From assembly GCA_963833095.1 (NCBI GenBank), contig CAWHWQ010000001.1, positions 672,001 through 736,000 on the forward strand: 64,000 nucleotides of DNA. The letters run 5' to 3'. Source of the stretch: Vulcanimicrobiota bacterium. GTDB lineage: Bacteria > Vulcanimicrobiota > Vulcanimicrobiia > Vulcanimicrobiales > Vulcanimicrobiaceae. This document shows positions 1 through 10,179 of this stretch, one piece after another (the first letter of the stretch is position 1; the number at the start of each line of letters is the position of its first letter). A program made the translations under genes and the position numbers. The notes under the pieces were generated by a model. It was not told the origin of the DNA. It was given only the letters and a program-made list of their open reading frames with translations, and searched no databases.

Positions 1-493
1 GTAACGGCGCTTCGGGGTCGACATGTCGGGCGATCCAATCGAGAACGGGCTGCGAATCCAAAAGTGCGCCTTGGGTTTTCGTCAACGATGCTAATCGCAC
101 CGCAGATGCGAAACGGTCGCCAACACCGCTGTTAGGATCGCGGATCGAAGCGAATTGCGGCTTGAGTTGGAGCAACTTCTCCGCACTGATACCATACCAG
201 AGCTCGCGCAAGCGCGTGTACTGGCCGGTCGCAACGAACCACCCGTTAAGCGCTCCAATCGACGTGCCGCAGACAATTCCGTACGGCGAAAGCGGTGTTC
301 CATCGCTGACTCCCGCCTTGGCGGCCAAACCGGCGATGATGCCCGCCTCGTACGCTCCGCGCGCTCCGCCCCCGCTCAGCACGAGCGCGCGCGCAAGCGG
401 TTCGAGCGCGGGTGCGCCATACGCCGCTCCGGTCAGCGCAGGGATGACTCCCGCCGTCCCGAGCGCGGTCAAGAAATCGCGGCGATCGAGCAT
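1..493 (-). CDS. Tat-exported patatin-like phospholipase, 5' part; runs off the window edge and is absent from the ORF track
   Basis: Manual translation from ATG 493 gives MLDRRDFLTALGTAG...ALVLSGGGARGAYEAG...VCGTSIGALNG: twin-arginine motif, GGGxRG oxyanion motif and GxSxG nucleophile elbow. Confidence 0.9.
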   Translation of the reverse strand, partial: MLDRRDFLTALGTAGVIPALTGAAYGAPALEPLARALVLSGGGARGAYEAGIIAGLAAKAGVSDGTPLSPYGIVCGTSIGALNGWFVATGQYTRLRELWYGISAEKLLQLKPQFASIRDPNSGVGDRFASAVRLASLTKTQGALLDSQPVLDWIARHVDPEAPL

Positions 494-581
494 TACCTTC
501 CATGGTACCGCGGAGGTTCGGTAAGCTCAATCCAAATTGCGCAAGAAGGTCGCGGGGTTGGTGTTGCGCTACTGGGACACG

Positions 582-1043
582 ATGAACGGCTGGGGCGCAT
601 GGGATACGAATTGGATCTGGAGCCTCGCGCTTATCGCAATCACGATAACGATCCATGCCGTCGGAGTGGTCATACTAGCGACAGCCATGCAACGCATCAC
701 GGACAAAGGGCCGATCCCGAGGCATACGTTTTTGGAGAGCGGTTTGGGCACGGTCATCATTATCGTCGGCGTAGCGCTGTCGCTGATGATTTTTCATGCG
801 CTCGAATGCTTTGTATGGGCGATCGCGTATCTGCACGTTGGCGCGATCGGCTCACCCGCAGGCGCGGTGCTGTATTCGGTCGATTCAATGACCACGCGCG
901 GTTCCTCCAACGACCTGCTTTTGGACAGACAGTGGCGAGTGATGGGTGCGACCGAGGCCGGCGACGGCATGCTGCTCTTCGGCGTCAGTACGGCGTTCTT
1001 GTTCTACGTGATGGTGCGAGTTTGGAAGCGTGAATTCGTTTGA
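582..1043 (+). CDS. Small membrane protein, two-TM ion-channel-like family
   Basis: Hydrophobic helices; pore-helix-like LYSVDSMTTRGS followed by WRVMGATEAGDGMLLFGVSTAF; start taken at ATG 582. Confidence 0.6.
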   Translation: MNGWGAWDTNWIWSLALIAITITIHAVGVVILATAMQRITDKGPIPRHTFLESGLGTVIIIVGVALSLMIFHALECFVWAIAYLHVGAIGSPAGAVLYSVDSMTTRGSSNDLLLDRQWRVMGATEAGDGMLLFGVSTAFLFYVMVRVWKREFV

Positions 1044-2065
1044 ATAGTCCGCGTGGTTGGCTCATCGGCGTTGCGATCGTCGGGAGCGCCTTGGTGATAT
1101 GGAACGTGCTCGCGGGCGCGCTCTCCGCCGTGCTCTTACTCTTTACCGCTATACTCTTCGCTGCCGGTATGCGACCGATTGTCGATCGAATGGGCCGACG
1201 AATGCCCTACGGTGCAGCCGTCGGGCTCGCGTTCGGCATCGTCATAATCCTGACGGTCGTGATCGGACTCGTGCTCGTCCAGCCGGTCGGCGCAGAGCTC
1301 GTCCGATTGGTTCAGGCGCTTCCTGACTACGTGAACTCGCTCCAACATCAGCTCGCGGCCGCGCAACGCTATTTCGAAAACGACCAAGCGGCCCGCCAAC
1401 TCGCCGCCGCGTTGTCCGGGAGTGCCGGTGGGGTAGCAAGCGCGATTGGTCTGCACGTGCTCAGTGGAACGGCCTTCATCGCCACCGCCATCGGGGATCT
1501 GGTCCTCATTCTCTTGCTCGCGATCGGCTGGATGCTCTCGTCGGGCGAGCTCGAGCAATTTGTCCTCAGTCTTATGCCGGCCGGAATGCGGTCGAACTGG
1601 CACGACGCGTTCGCTGAAATCGAAGGGCGCTTGAGCGCATACGTGCAGGGGGTCGTGATCAACGCGTTGGCCGTCGGCGTCCCCATGGGGGCTTCGCTTG
1701 CCTTTCTCGGTGTTCCGTACGCCTTGCTCCTGGGATTCATTGCCGCTATCTTTCAGGGCATTCCCATGGTCGGCGCCGTGATTTCAGGACCGATCATTCT
1801 TGCCGTTGTGCTCGCAGCCAGCGGATGGACGAAAATGCTCATCGCGCTGGCGATCTTCGGCGTCATTCAGACTATCGATCAGAATGTGCTCTCACCGATC
1901 ATCTTCGGACAACGCGTTCAGTTGAGTTTCCTGTTGATCATCCTATCGACCATAATCGGTGGCACGCTACTCGGCATTGCAGGCGCCTTCCTTGCAGTTC
2001 CAGCGGCTGCCGTTCTTCAGGTGCTGGCCGTGCGGATTCTTGCACCGGCAGTCCGACCCAAATGA
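1040..2065 (+). CDS. AI-2E family transporter
   Basis: 341 aa multi-TM protein with IPMVGA, QxIDQNVLSPIIFG and GIAGAFLAVP motifs. Confidence 0.9.
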   Translation: MNSPRGWLIGVAIVGSALVIWNVLAGALSAVLLLFTAILFAAGMRPIVDRMGRRMPYGAAVGLAFGIVIILTVVIGLVLVQPVGAELVRLVQALPDYVNSLQHQLAAAQRYFENDQAARQLAAALSGSAGGVASAIGLHVLSGTAFIATAIGDLVLILLLAIGWMLSSGELEQFVLSLMPAGMRSNWHDAFAEIEGRLSAYVQGVVINALAVGVPMGASLAFLGVPYALLLGFIAAIFQGIPMVGAVISGPIILAVVLAASGWTKMLIALAIFGVIQTIDQNVLSPIIFGQRVQLSFLLIILSTIIGGTLLGIAGAFLAVPAAAVLQVLAVRILAPAVRPK

Positions 2066-3216
2066 TTCAGCGACCTTCATCGCTCGGTCTCTACGCGCTG
2101 ACGCTCGGGGCTTTTGCGATCGGCACCACTGAATTCGTTCCTGTCGGGCTGTTGCCGGAAATCGCGCAGGATCTCCACGTCTCAATTCCCGCTGCCGGAT
2201 TTCTGGTCACCGGGTATGCCCTTGGCGTCGCGATCGGCGGCCCGGCATTCACCCTCGCGCTCAGCCGTGTGAACCGCAAAACCGTGCTGATGTTGATGCT
2301 GCTGTTCTTCATTGCCGGTAACGGGATCGCAGCGATCGCAAATAGCTACGGTGTGCTCTTGCTCGCTCGTATCATTGCCGCGTTCAATCACGGAACGTTT
2401 TTCGGCGTCGGCGCAGTCGTGGCCGCGGCGTTAGTTCCCAAAGAGCGCAGCGCCTCGGCGATCGCGACCATGTTTTTGGGATTGACGGTTGCGATGGTCA
2501 TGGGCGTTCCGTTTGGAGCGTTCGTAGGTCAACGTCTTGGGTGGCATGCGCCTTTTGCGTTCATCGCGCTAATCGGCGTTCTCGCGCTGGTAGGCGTGTG
2601 GCTGCTCGTCCCAAGCATTCCATCGCAGCGACCGCGCCTCGTAGCAGAACTGCGCACGCTAGCGAGCAGGCCGGTCGTGCTCTCGCTGCTCACGACGCTG
2701 CTCGGCTTCGGCGGCGTGTTCGTGCTGTTCACCTACATCGCGCCGCTTCTCCGGCAAGTCGCCGGATTCTCGCCCCCCGCCGTTGCGGCAATTTTGGTGT
2801 TGTTCGGTGTCGGTACGCTTGTGGGTAATATCTCGGCAGGTAAGGCCGCGGATCGCTCGCTACCGAGAACCTTGCTGGTGACAATCGGTGGTTTGGCGGC
2901 TGTCCTTGCAATTTCGAGTTTCATGTGGCCCCACCGGCTGCTCGCGATTATCGCCACGTTCGCCATAGGTTTCTTTGGTTTCGCTACCGCGACACCGCTC
3001 CAGTTACTCGTCATTCGCACCGCCAGCAATGCGCCGAACCTTGCTTCATCGGCGAATATTAGCGCTTTCAACATCGGCAACGCTTTCGGCGCTGCCCTCG
3101 GCGCGATCGTCATCGCCGCCGGTCTTCCGCTGCAATGGCTCGGGCTGTGCGCGGCGGGTGTCAGCTTGGCCGGCGCCCTCGTCGCGGTTCCCGCACTCAG
3201 GCTCAGCGTTCGATAA
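2062..3216 (+). CDS. MFS transporter, DHA1/NepI-PbuE-like efflux
   Basis: LGAFAIGTTEFVPVGLLPEIAQDL N-terminal signature, ~12 TM; ATGA overlap with the upstream gene. Confidence 0.92.
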   Translation: MIQRPSSLGLYALTLGAFAIGTTEFVPVGLLPEIAQDLHVSIPAAGFLVTGYALGVAIGGPAFTLALSRVNRKTVLMLMLLFFIAGNGIAAIANSYGVLLLARIIAAFNHGTFFGVGAVVAAALVPKERSASAIATMFLGLTVAMVMGVPFGAFVGQRLGWHAPFAFIALIGVLALVGVWLLVPSIPSQRPRLVAELRTLASRPVVLSLLTTLLGFGGVFVLFTYIAPLLRQVAGFSPPAVAAILVLFGVGTLVGNISAGKAADRSLPRTLLVTIGGLAAVLAISSFMWPHRLLAIIATFAIGFFGFATATPLQLLVIRTASNAPNLASSANISAFNIGNAFGAALGAIVIAAGLPLQWLGLCAAGVSLAGALVAVPALRLSVR

Positions 3217-4121
3217 CCGATTGCGTGAGCGCCGTGGCATCGGCGATGAGATCGATCGCGGTGATCCGATCTTCGACTATTGTGAAGCGGAACGCAACGC
3301 GCACCTCTCCTTCATGCATCCACACCGCGCCGGGTTCCCCGTCGATGAATACCGGCTGCGCAGCGCGCGCGCGCTGCGAGAACGCGCGCGCCACGGCGTC
3401 CGCACCTTCGATGCCGGCGTCCAGACGATCGTTCTGCCAGTAGGCCGCACCGCCCATCGCAACGACCGCCGCGTCCGCGCGGAGGGTGGCCTCTGGATCG
3501 AGAAGCGCGAGCAGTGCGGGGAAATTGCCCGACCGCGAGCGCCGCAAGAAACGCGCGCACGAGTTCGTCGCGCCGCTGCGTCACGGTATTGTGAGCGGCA
3601 GATGCTCCGCGCACGCGCCGGCGCGCGCGGCTTGCAAGCTGACGCGCTGCCTCAGGTGACCTTCCGACGATCGCGGCAACGTCATCGAAGGGCACGTCGA
3701 ACATATCGTGCAGCACAAAGGCAACGCGTTCCGCGGGCGGCAGCGCATCGAGAAGGATCAGCAGGGCCGCACCGATCGAATCGGCGAGCATCGCTTCTTC
3801 CTCTGGATGTTCGCCGGCAGCGACTGATGCAACGTCGCGACGCGGATCGTCCGGCGTCAAGTTCTCGCGCCGGCTTTCGCGTCGCTTGAGCGCGTCGAGG
3901 CAGATGCGCGCGACAACGGTCGTGAGCCACCCTTCGAGGTTCGCAACACCCGCAAGGTCGGCCCGCGTAATGCGCAACCAGGTCTCCTGCAGCGCGTCGT
4001 CGGATTCTGCAGCCGATCCTAGGATTCGCTGCGCAATACGCTGCAAGCGAGGGCGCGCCGCCTCAAAACGCTCCGCGAGGCGCTCTGCATGCTCGCCCGA
4101 GGCGGACCCGTCACGTTTCAC
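3203..4121 (-). pseudogene. ECF41/SigJ-like sigma-70 factor with C-terminal SnoaL-like domain, split by a 1-nt frameshift near 3540 (probably a sequencing error)
   Basis: ORF 3312-4121 has sigma regions 2 and 4 (DALQETWLR, WLTTVVARICLD, ERVAFVLHDMF, RQLASRAR); ORF 3203-3547 continues SRSGNFPALLALLDPEATLRAD; removing one base joins them as AFLAASRSG. Confidence 0.8.
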
Positions 4122-4136
4122 CGCGTTCGATCCGTC
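4109..4136 (+). promoter_or_regulatory. Putative ECF41-type promoter for the VOC-DUF1801 genes
   Basis: cGTCACg-N17-CGTC versus the ECF41 consensus TGTCACA-N16-CGTC; upstream of SD GGAAGGAG and the TTG start at 4163. Confidence 0.5.
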
Positions 4137-4162
4137 ATAGCATTTGGAAGGAGTATCAAATC

Positions 4163-4498
4163 TTGAAAGACGTCTCCCTCGTCACCTATCCGGCAACAGA
4201 TGTGGCCAAAGCTAAGCAATTCTTTCGTGAGCTTACCGGCACTGACCCGTACGCCGATAGCCCATACTACGTCGGTTATAAGTGCGGCAACGTGGAAATC
4301 GGTCTCGTTCCGAGCCAGGGTCCGGGCGCGATTGCGTTTTGGACGGTAAGCGACATCGCAGCGAGCGTAAAAGCGCTCGTTGATGCGGGCGGCACGGTCG
4401 TGCAAGATCCCACCGACGTCGCGAACGGACTGCTGGTCGCGACGATCAAAGATCCCACCGGTACGACCGTGGGATTACGGCAGTTCCCAAAGGGCTAG
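4163..4498 (+). CDS. VOC/glyoxalase family protein
   Basis: YPATDVAKAKQFF, FWTVSDI and IKDPTGTTVGL VOC pattern; good SD. Confidence 0.85.
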   Translation: MKDVSLVTYPATDVAKAKQFFRELTGTDPYADSPYYVGYKCGNVEIGLVPSQGPGAIAFWTVSDIAASVKALVDAGGTVVQDPTDVANGLLVATIKDPTGTTVGLRQFPKG

Positions 4499-4503
4499 AT
4501 CGT

Positions 4504-4905
4504 ATGGCAAAGGTGAGCAAGACAAAACGTACGGAGTCTCCCGGTGCGCTCATTGACGCGCGGATCAAGGAGCTGGCCGATTGGCGCGGCGACACGCTCG
4601 CAAAGTTGCGCGAATACATCAAGCAAGTGGACCCGGACGTCGTCGAGGAATGGAAGTGGAGAGGCGTGCCCGTTTGGTATCACGATGGAAAAATGATCTG
4701 CACGGGCGAGACCTACAAAAGCGTCGTCAAGCTGACCTTTGCCGACGGTGCCCAACTCAAAGACCCCAAGCGGCTGTTCAACTCCAGTCTGGACGGCAAT
4801 GTTCGGCGTGCCATCGATGTGCACGAAGGGGAACAGATCGATGAGGCCGCGTTCAAAGCGCTAGTCCGTAACGCCATCGCCTTGAACGAGTCCAAAGCGC
4901 GTTAG
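4504..4905 (+). CDS. DUF1801 (YdhG-like) protein
   Basis: LADWRGDTL, EEWKWRGVPVW and DPKRLFNSSLDGNVRRAID signature. Confidence 0.9.
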   Translation: MAKVSKTKRTESPGALIDARIKELADWRGDTLAKLREYIKQVDPDVVEEWKWRGVPVWYHDGKMICTGETYKSVVKLTFADGAQLKDPKRLFNSSLDGNVRRAIDVHEGEQIDEAAFKALVRNAIALNESKAR

Positions 4906-4910
4906 TTATC

Positions 4911-7900
4911 TCAGGCAAAGAGCCGGTCGATGTCGGTGAGATCGAGATCGACCGTTGGACTGGCAGCCTCGTCGAACAACGTGGCGGCCAGGGCAGCTTT
5001 GCGGTCTTGGAGCTCGAGGATACGCTCTTCGACAGTGTCCTCAGCTATGAGCTTATAAACGAAGACGTGTTGATCTTGCCCGATGCGGTGGGCGCGATCG
5101 GTGGCCTGGCGTTCGACGGCGGGGTTCCACCACGGATCGTAGTGGATAACGGTATCCGCGGCCGTGAGATTGAGGCCCGTGCCCCCGGCTTTGAGGCTGA
5201 TGAGGAAGAGCGGGACCTCACGATTTTGGAAGCGCTCGACCGGCGTTTTGCGATCACGTGTGTCGCCCCGCAGCTCGACGAAGGGCATATTGCGCTTTCC
5301 AAGCTCCGGCACGATCAAGTCGAGCATCGAGGTGAATTGAGAGAAGAGCAAGATGCGGCGCCCATCGTCGACCAGGCTCTCAAGCATTTCGATCAGCGCG
5401 TCGAGTTTTTGTGATTCGTCGATTCCCGCCGCCGCGTCGAGTTTGAGAAGACGAGGATCGCAACAGACCTGGCGCAGCTTGAGCAATGCGTCGAGCACGA
5501 CGATACGGCTGCGCGCGAGCCCGCGACGTTCGACCTCGTCGCGCACGCGCTTGTGCATGGTGAGCCGAATCGTTTCGTACAGATCGCGCTGGCGACCACT
5601 CAGCGGCACGCGTTGCACGATCTCGGTCTTCTCGGGTAGTTCCTGAGCCACGCCGTCCTTCGTGCGCCGAAGCAGGAACGGCTTGATGCGCGCGGCGAGC
5701 GCCGCGCGGCGATCTGCGTCGCCATGCTTTTCAATCGGCGTGCGAAAGAGTCGTGTGAAGCGTGAGCGTTCGGGCAGCAGACCGGGAGCTGCGTACGCAA
5801 AGATCGACCACAGTTCTTCGAGATGGTTTTCGATTGGTGTACCGGTAAGCGCGAGGCGCTGCGCGGCACGCAATCGCGATGCGGCGAGCGCAGCTTTCGA
5901 GCGCGGGTTTTTGATCGCTTGCGCCTCATCCAGGACGGCGATCGACCATTCGAACGCGGTAAGCGCTTCGATGTCACGCAGCAGCAGCGCGTACGTCGTG
6001 AGCACGAACGTCGCATCGCCGACCTGGGCGAAGCGATCGGCACGATCGGCGCCGGTGAGCGCGAGCACGCGCGCGTCGGGCAGAAAGCGCGCGATTTCGT
6101 CGCGCCAGTTCGGCGCGACGCTGGTGGGTGAAACGACGAGCACCGGATGATTCAAGCGGCCGGCCGCGCGTTCCACCGCGACGTGCGCGAGCACTTCAAC
6201 CGTTTTGCCCAGGCCCATATCGTCAGCGAGAATGCCGCCCGCGCGATGTTCGCGCAACGTCTGCAGCCACGCGACGCCATCGCGTTGGTAGGGTCGCAAT
6301 TCGCCCGCGAATCCCGCCGGAATATCGACGCGCCGATCCGCGTAGGCCGCGAGATCGTCGAGCATCGCGCGAATCGACGGTGCGTTGGTCCAGTGCGTGG
6401 CGATCCCACCTGCCGCCGCGAGAGACGCCGCTTGCAACATCGGCACGCGCACGCGCGCTTTCTGCTCGCTGCGACCGCGGTCGCCAAAGAGGCCGCCCAG
6501 CGTCGCCAACACGCGAGCAACGCGATCGACCGGTAACGCGAGGTAGCCGCCGCCAGGTATCCGTCCGACGAACGGCGTCTGTCGCCGCGCGAGCGTCGCG
6601 GGGTCCGCATCCAGATCGAGGCCGCTGCGTCCCAGCGCGTCGATCAGCACCGGCAAGAGCGAGACGCGCGTACCGTCGACGTCGATGCCAAGTTCGAGTT
6701 CGAACCATTGAGCGGCGCCGCTGTCGTAGACTTCCGCGCTCCATTCGTCGCCTGCCTCGACGATACGAAACGGAAACGACGGCATCGTTTCGATTCGCCA
6801 ACCTTCGTAACGAAGTTGCGGCGCATCCCGCTCCAGAAATTGTAGCCATGCGTCTTCCCCATATGGAGGAAAATCAAGCTGTCCGAGCCGTTCCTGCGCT
6901 CGGCGCTCGAACGCGCGATCGCGGGGCCATACCGTTGTGCTCTCTCCGCTGGCATCGCGAATCGTGTCGCGCGGATCGCTCGCCGGCACAAGCGCATCGC
7001 CGTACGCGAACAAAACACCGCCGCCCGCGCGTCCACCTTCGAGCATCGAAAGACGCAAGACGGGCTGTGGCTCGCGCTCGTCGATGTGCACGGCGAGATC
7101 GTGCGCCGGACCGACGATTCCTGTGCCACGTAAGACGCGATGCAGCGCGATCTGCGCGCGCTGCGCTTGCGCGGGCGACAACGCCGGCGCGCGCGCGATC
7201 GTTGCGGCAAGTTCGGGCGCGACCTCGAGCGCGATAGGACCAGCACGGAACGTGTCGGGGTCGACATACCACAGCGGTGCTGTCGGTAAGAGTTCAGCGC
7301 GCGCGTGCCCGACGAGATGCACACGCACGAGCCCGTCGTCATCGGTCCGCCACGCTAGTGTCGCACTCCCGATCGGCGCATGGGCGAGCGGCGGTGACGA
7401 TGGATCGCGCCAACGCAGCAGCCCGTGCGTCGCGAGTAACTCGACAAGCATCGCGAGAATTGCCGGCGAGAGATCCTGCCCGCGTCCAAGCAGTCCGCTC
7501 GCATTCGCAAGGCGTCCAGCGACGACGTCGATGCCGCTGATGAACCGCGCACGCGAATTTGTCGAATTGTAAAACGAGAACTCCCGCGGTTTCGACGCGC
7601 TTCCCACCGGCGGCATGACGTAGGGCACGAGTCGCACCGTGCGCAACCCATGCGCTTCAGGAACGTCGATGACATAGAGCAGCCGTTCGATACTCTCGGG
7701 CGCAGGCGCATAGCCAAACGTCTCGATCATACGCCGCGTCCAGGCATCGACCGCACCGTCCGACGGTCCGATCGCGCCACCGCTACGGTCCGAGAGCATC
7801 AGCGCGAGCGCTGCACCGTGTTTGCACGCGCTGCCGTCGGGACACGAACAATCACTTTCAGTGATCCGCATGCCGTCGCGGGCGCGCGCGGTAATCCGCA

Positions 7901-8063
7901 CTGCATACGGCCGCGTGGAAGAGCCTTGCACGTTCGCGCTCGCGGCGTCACCTTGTTCGGAGAGACGCACGTTCGTAATGCGATTTCCAACAAGGTAGCC
8001 GCGCGCACGCGCGAGCGTCTGCGGATCGAAGGACCGCTCGAGGTCAGCAACATCAAAAAACAT
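4911..8063 (-). CDS. SWIM zinc-finger SNF2-family helicase
   Basis: N-terminal CSC...CKH SWIM motif; LRPYQ, ILADDMGLGKT, DEAQ, LTGTPIEN, SLKAGGTGLNL and QATDRAHRIGQ motifs. Confidence 0.95.
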   Translation of the reverse strand: MFFDVADLERSFDPQTLARARGYLVGNRITNVRLSEQGDAASANVQGSSTRPYAVRITARARDGMRITESDCSCPDGSACKHGAALALMLSDRSGGAIGPSDGAVDAWTRRMIETFGYAPAPESIERLLYVIDVPEAHGLRTVRLVPYVMPPVGSASKPREFSFYNSTNSRARFISGIDVVAGRLANASGLLGRGQDLSPAILAMLVELLATHGLLRWRDPSSPPLAHAPIGSATLAWRTDDDGLVRVHLVGHARAELLPTAPLWYVDPDTFRAGPIALEVAPELAATIARAPALSPAQAQRAQIALHRVLRGTGIVGPAHDLAVHIDEREPQPVLRLSMLEGGRAGGGVLFAYGDALVPASDPRDTIRDASGESTTVWPRDRAFERRAQERLGQLDFPPYGEDAWLQFLERDAPQLRYEGWRIETMPSFPFRIVEAGDEWSAEVYDSGAAQWFELELGIDVDGTRVSLLPVLIDALGRSGLDLDADPATLARRQTPFVGRIPGGGYLALPVDRVARVLATLGGLFGDRGRSEQKARVRVPMLQAASLAAAGGIATHWTNAPSIRAMLDDLAAYADRRVDIPAGFAGELRPYQRDGVAWLQTLREHRAGGILADDMGLGKTVEVLAHVAVERAAGRLNHPVLVVSPTSVAPNWRDEIARFLPDARVLALTGADRADRFAQVGDATFVLTTYALLLRDIEALTAFEWSIAVLDEAQAIKNPRSKAALAASRLRAAQRLALTGTPIENHLEELWSIFAYAAPGLLPERSRFTRLFRTPIEKHGDADRRAALAARIKPFLLRRTKDGVAQELPEKTEIVQRVPLSGRQRDLYETIRLTMHKRVRDEVERRGLARSRIVVLDALLKLRQVCCDPRLLKLDAAAGIDESQKLDALIEMLESLVDDGRRILLFSQFTSMLDLIVPELGKRNMPFVELRGDTRDRKTPVERFQNREVPLFLISLKAGGTGLNLTAADTVIHYDPWWNPAVERQATDRAHRIGQDQHVFVYKLIAEDTVEERILELQDRKAALAATLFDEAASPTVDLDLTDIDRLFA

Positions 8064-8118
8064 CGGAACCGATCCGACTTACCGGTACGAACGGCGAGAC
8101 CCTCTGAAATGAGGGAAG

Positions 8119-8682
8119 TTAGCGCGAGCGCGCCGCGGCAACGAGCGCGTGGGAGGCGGCCAGCAGTACGGGCACGGCTTCGTCGACGGAAACCACCTGC
8201 GAGCTGACAAAAGCGCCATTGACCAGCAGAAGCAACTGCGCGGCAAGATCGTCGGGACGGCGCACGCTCAACTGCTCCGCGATGCCTTTGAGACGGCGAC
8301 GCAGTTCTTGTTTGTGCGCAACAGCAACACGCCGCGCCGGGTGCTCTGCGTCGGAGAACTCCGCCGCCATGTTCAACTGCGGACAGCCGCGATAGTTTTT
8401 TCGGCCGAGCCGCTCGCCGATCCACTGCATGTGCGCGTCGAGTTCGGCCTGCGCATCGGAGCGATGTCGCTCGGCGACGCTATCCCATTTCTGCCAGAAT
8501 TGCTCGTCCTCGCGCTCGAGAAACGCGGCAATCAGCTCGTCCTTGGTCCGGAAGTGACGGTAGAGGCTGGTCTTGGCCACCCCCGCTCGCTCGACCACGA
8601 GATCGACCCCAACCGCGTGCGCTCCATCACGATAGAACAGCTCCGACGCCGTCCGCAAAATCCGCTCTTTCACTTCGTCCAT
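8119..8682 (-). CDS. TetR/AcrR family regulator
   Basis: HTH GVAKTSLYRHFRTKDEL and RGCP motif; start at 8682 favoured by a TATCAT -10 box 7 nt upstream. Confidence 0.92.
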   Translation of the reverse strand: MDEVKERILRTASELFYRDGAHAVGVDLVVERAGVAKTSLYRHFRTKDELIAAFLEREDEQFWQKWDSVAERHRSDAQAELDAHMQWIGERLGRKNYRGCPQLNMAAEFSDAEHPARRVAVAHKQELRRRLKGIAEQLSVRRPDDLAAQLLLLVNGAFVSSQVVSVDEAVPVLLAASHALVAAARSR

Positions 8683-8694
8683 GCTTGACATGAT

Positions 8695-8743
8695 ACAGAC
8701 CTGTCTGTTCTAATGCAAGGGCAGAGGCTACATACAGGTCTGT
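8695..8743. promoter_or_regulatory. Two TetR operator palindromes
   Basis: ACAGAC-ct-GTCTGT (8695-8708) and ACATAC-ag-GTCTGT (8730-8743) between the divergent tetR and oxidoreductase genes. Confidence 0.75.
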
Positions 8744-8758
8744 AGCAAGGGAGTTGAT

Positions 8759-9820
8759 ATGAACATTGCGGTTTATGGCGCCTCCGGGCACACGGCGCGC
8801 TTCGTCGTGGCAGAGCTGCTGCGCCACGGCCACACCCCGATCGCAATCGGGCGCGACCAGTCGAAGCTCGAGGCAGCCCTTGCCGTTCACGGCATGGAGG
8901 TGGAGATGCGGATCGCGAGTCTCGATTCGGCGGTCTCGCTCGATCGCGCCCTCGCGGGCGCCGATGCAGTCATTCACGCCGCCGGCCCCTTCCTCGACAC
9001 CGCGCCGCCACTGATCGAAGCCGCTCTGCGTTGCCGCGTGCATTATTTCGACGTTACTGCAGAACAGGGAAGCGCGCTTTCAACGTTCGAGTTGTTCGAT
9101 GCGCCGGCGCGCGAACGAGGCATTTTCGTCGTTCCCGCCGCCGGATTCTATGGCGGCCTCGGCGATCTCTTGGCAACGCACGCCATGCGCGGCTGGACGC
9201 TAGCGGATCGCATCGACATCGCAATTGCGCTGAGTAGCTGGTGGCCGACACGCGGCACTCGGCGTACCGGCGAGCGAAACACCGCGACGCGACTGTCGTT
9301 CTCTGATGGGAAGCTCACACCGATTCTTCCGTCGACGCCGGCGCCGTGGCTTTTTCCGGACCCATTGGGAGCGCAGGACATCGTGGAGCTGCCGCTCACC
9401 GAGACCATTCTGATGGCTCGTCACATACATGTTGGCGATATTCACAATTACATGACGGAGGCTCCGCTCCGCGATCTACACGATCCCACGACGCCGGGAC
9501 CGGTCGCGGCCGACGAGCGCGGGCGCTCGAACCAGCGCTTCGTTATCGAGGCTCGAGTTCGCAACGGCGACGAAGAGCGATGTGTGACGGCCGAAGGCGG
9601 CGACATCTACGCGATCACCGCGCCGATCGTCGTCGAAGCCGTTGAACGCGTTTGCGCAGCTCCGCGTCAGGATGCGGGCGCGTTCGCGCTAGGTCAGCTT
9701 GTCGACGCCTCTGATTTCCTTCAAACGCTAGCGCGCACCGGAGAAATTCAATCGCTGAAGTCTTCGACGAAGATCTCGGTGCCGTCGGGACGCACGGCGG
9801 CGCCGATACCGACTTTGTGA
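8759..9820 (+). CDS. Saccharopine dehydrogenase-like NAD(P)-dependent oxidoreductase
   Basis: Rossmann motif IAVYGASGHTA, then AGPF and HYFDVTAEQ; 3' end overlaps the convergent CAP gene. Confidence 0.85.
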   Translation: MNIAVYGASGHTARFVVAELLRHGHTPIAIGRDQSKLEAALAVHGMEVEMRIASLDSAVSLDRALAGADAVIHAAGPFLDTAPPLIEAALRCRVHYFDVTAEQGSALSTFELFDAPARERGIFVVPAAGFYGGLGDLLATHAMRGWTLADRIDIAIALSSWWPTRGTRRTGERNTATRLSFSDGKLTPILPSTPAPWLFPDPLGAQDIVELPLTETILMARHIHVGDIHNYMTEAPLRDLHDPTTPGPVAADERGRSNQRFVIEARVRNGDEERCVTAEGGDIYAITAPIVVEAVERVCAAPRQDAGAFALGQLVDASDFLQTLARTGEIQSLKSSTKISVPSGRTAAPIPTL

Positions 9821-10134
9821 AAGTGGACGTTAAGCGTGTTCTGACGGTGTTCGGGGCTGTTCCACAACTCGGTCACGGCGAACATGGGATCCGGCGCCTC
9901 GGCGATATTCTCACCCATGAAGTGGAACGAGCAACCCTGCGCGCGCATCGTTTGCCAAGGCGCCGTGCCGTCCGGCGTGATATGCGAGAAATAATTGCGA
10001 TCAAGCATGTCGTTTGCGCGCTCGGTTGCCATGGCCATCAGGCAACGATCGGGCGCGAGGGACGCGACGGCGACGTTCTGGCGTTCTTTGTTAACCTGCA
10101 TGAACACGGTCAACACGAGAGGCGGGAGGATCAC
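9748..10134 (-). CDS. CAP/SCP domain protein
   Basis: DMLDRNYFSH, GENIA, WNSPEHRQN and KVGIG motifs. Confidence 0.9.
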   Translation of the reverse strand: MILPPLVLTVFMQVNKERQNVAVASLAPDRCLMAMATERANDMLDRNYFSHITPDGTAPWQTMRAQGCSFHFMGENIAEAPDPMFAVTELWNSPEHRQNTLNVHFHKVGIGAAVRPDGTEIFVEDFSD

Positions 10135-10179
10135 GGCTCCATCGTAGCCGGGTTCCTCCCGCGCATCCTGAAGCGCCGG

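Noticed and set aside
9748..9820. 73-bp convergent overlap as a functional dual-coding region
   Set aside because: The overlapping tail of the oxidoreductase looks like non-conserved stop-codon run-on
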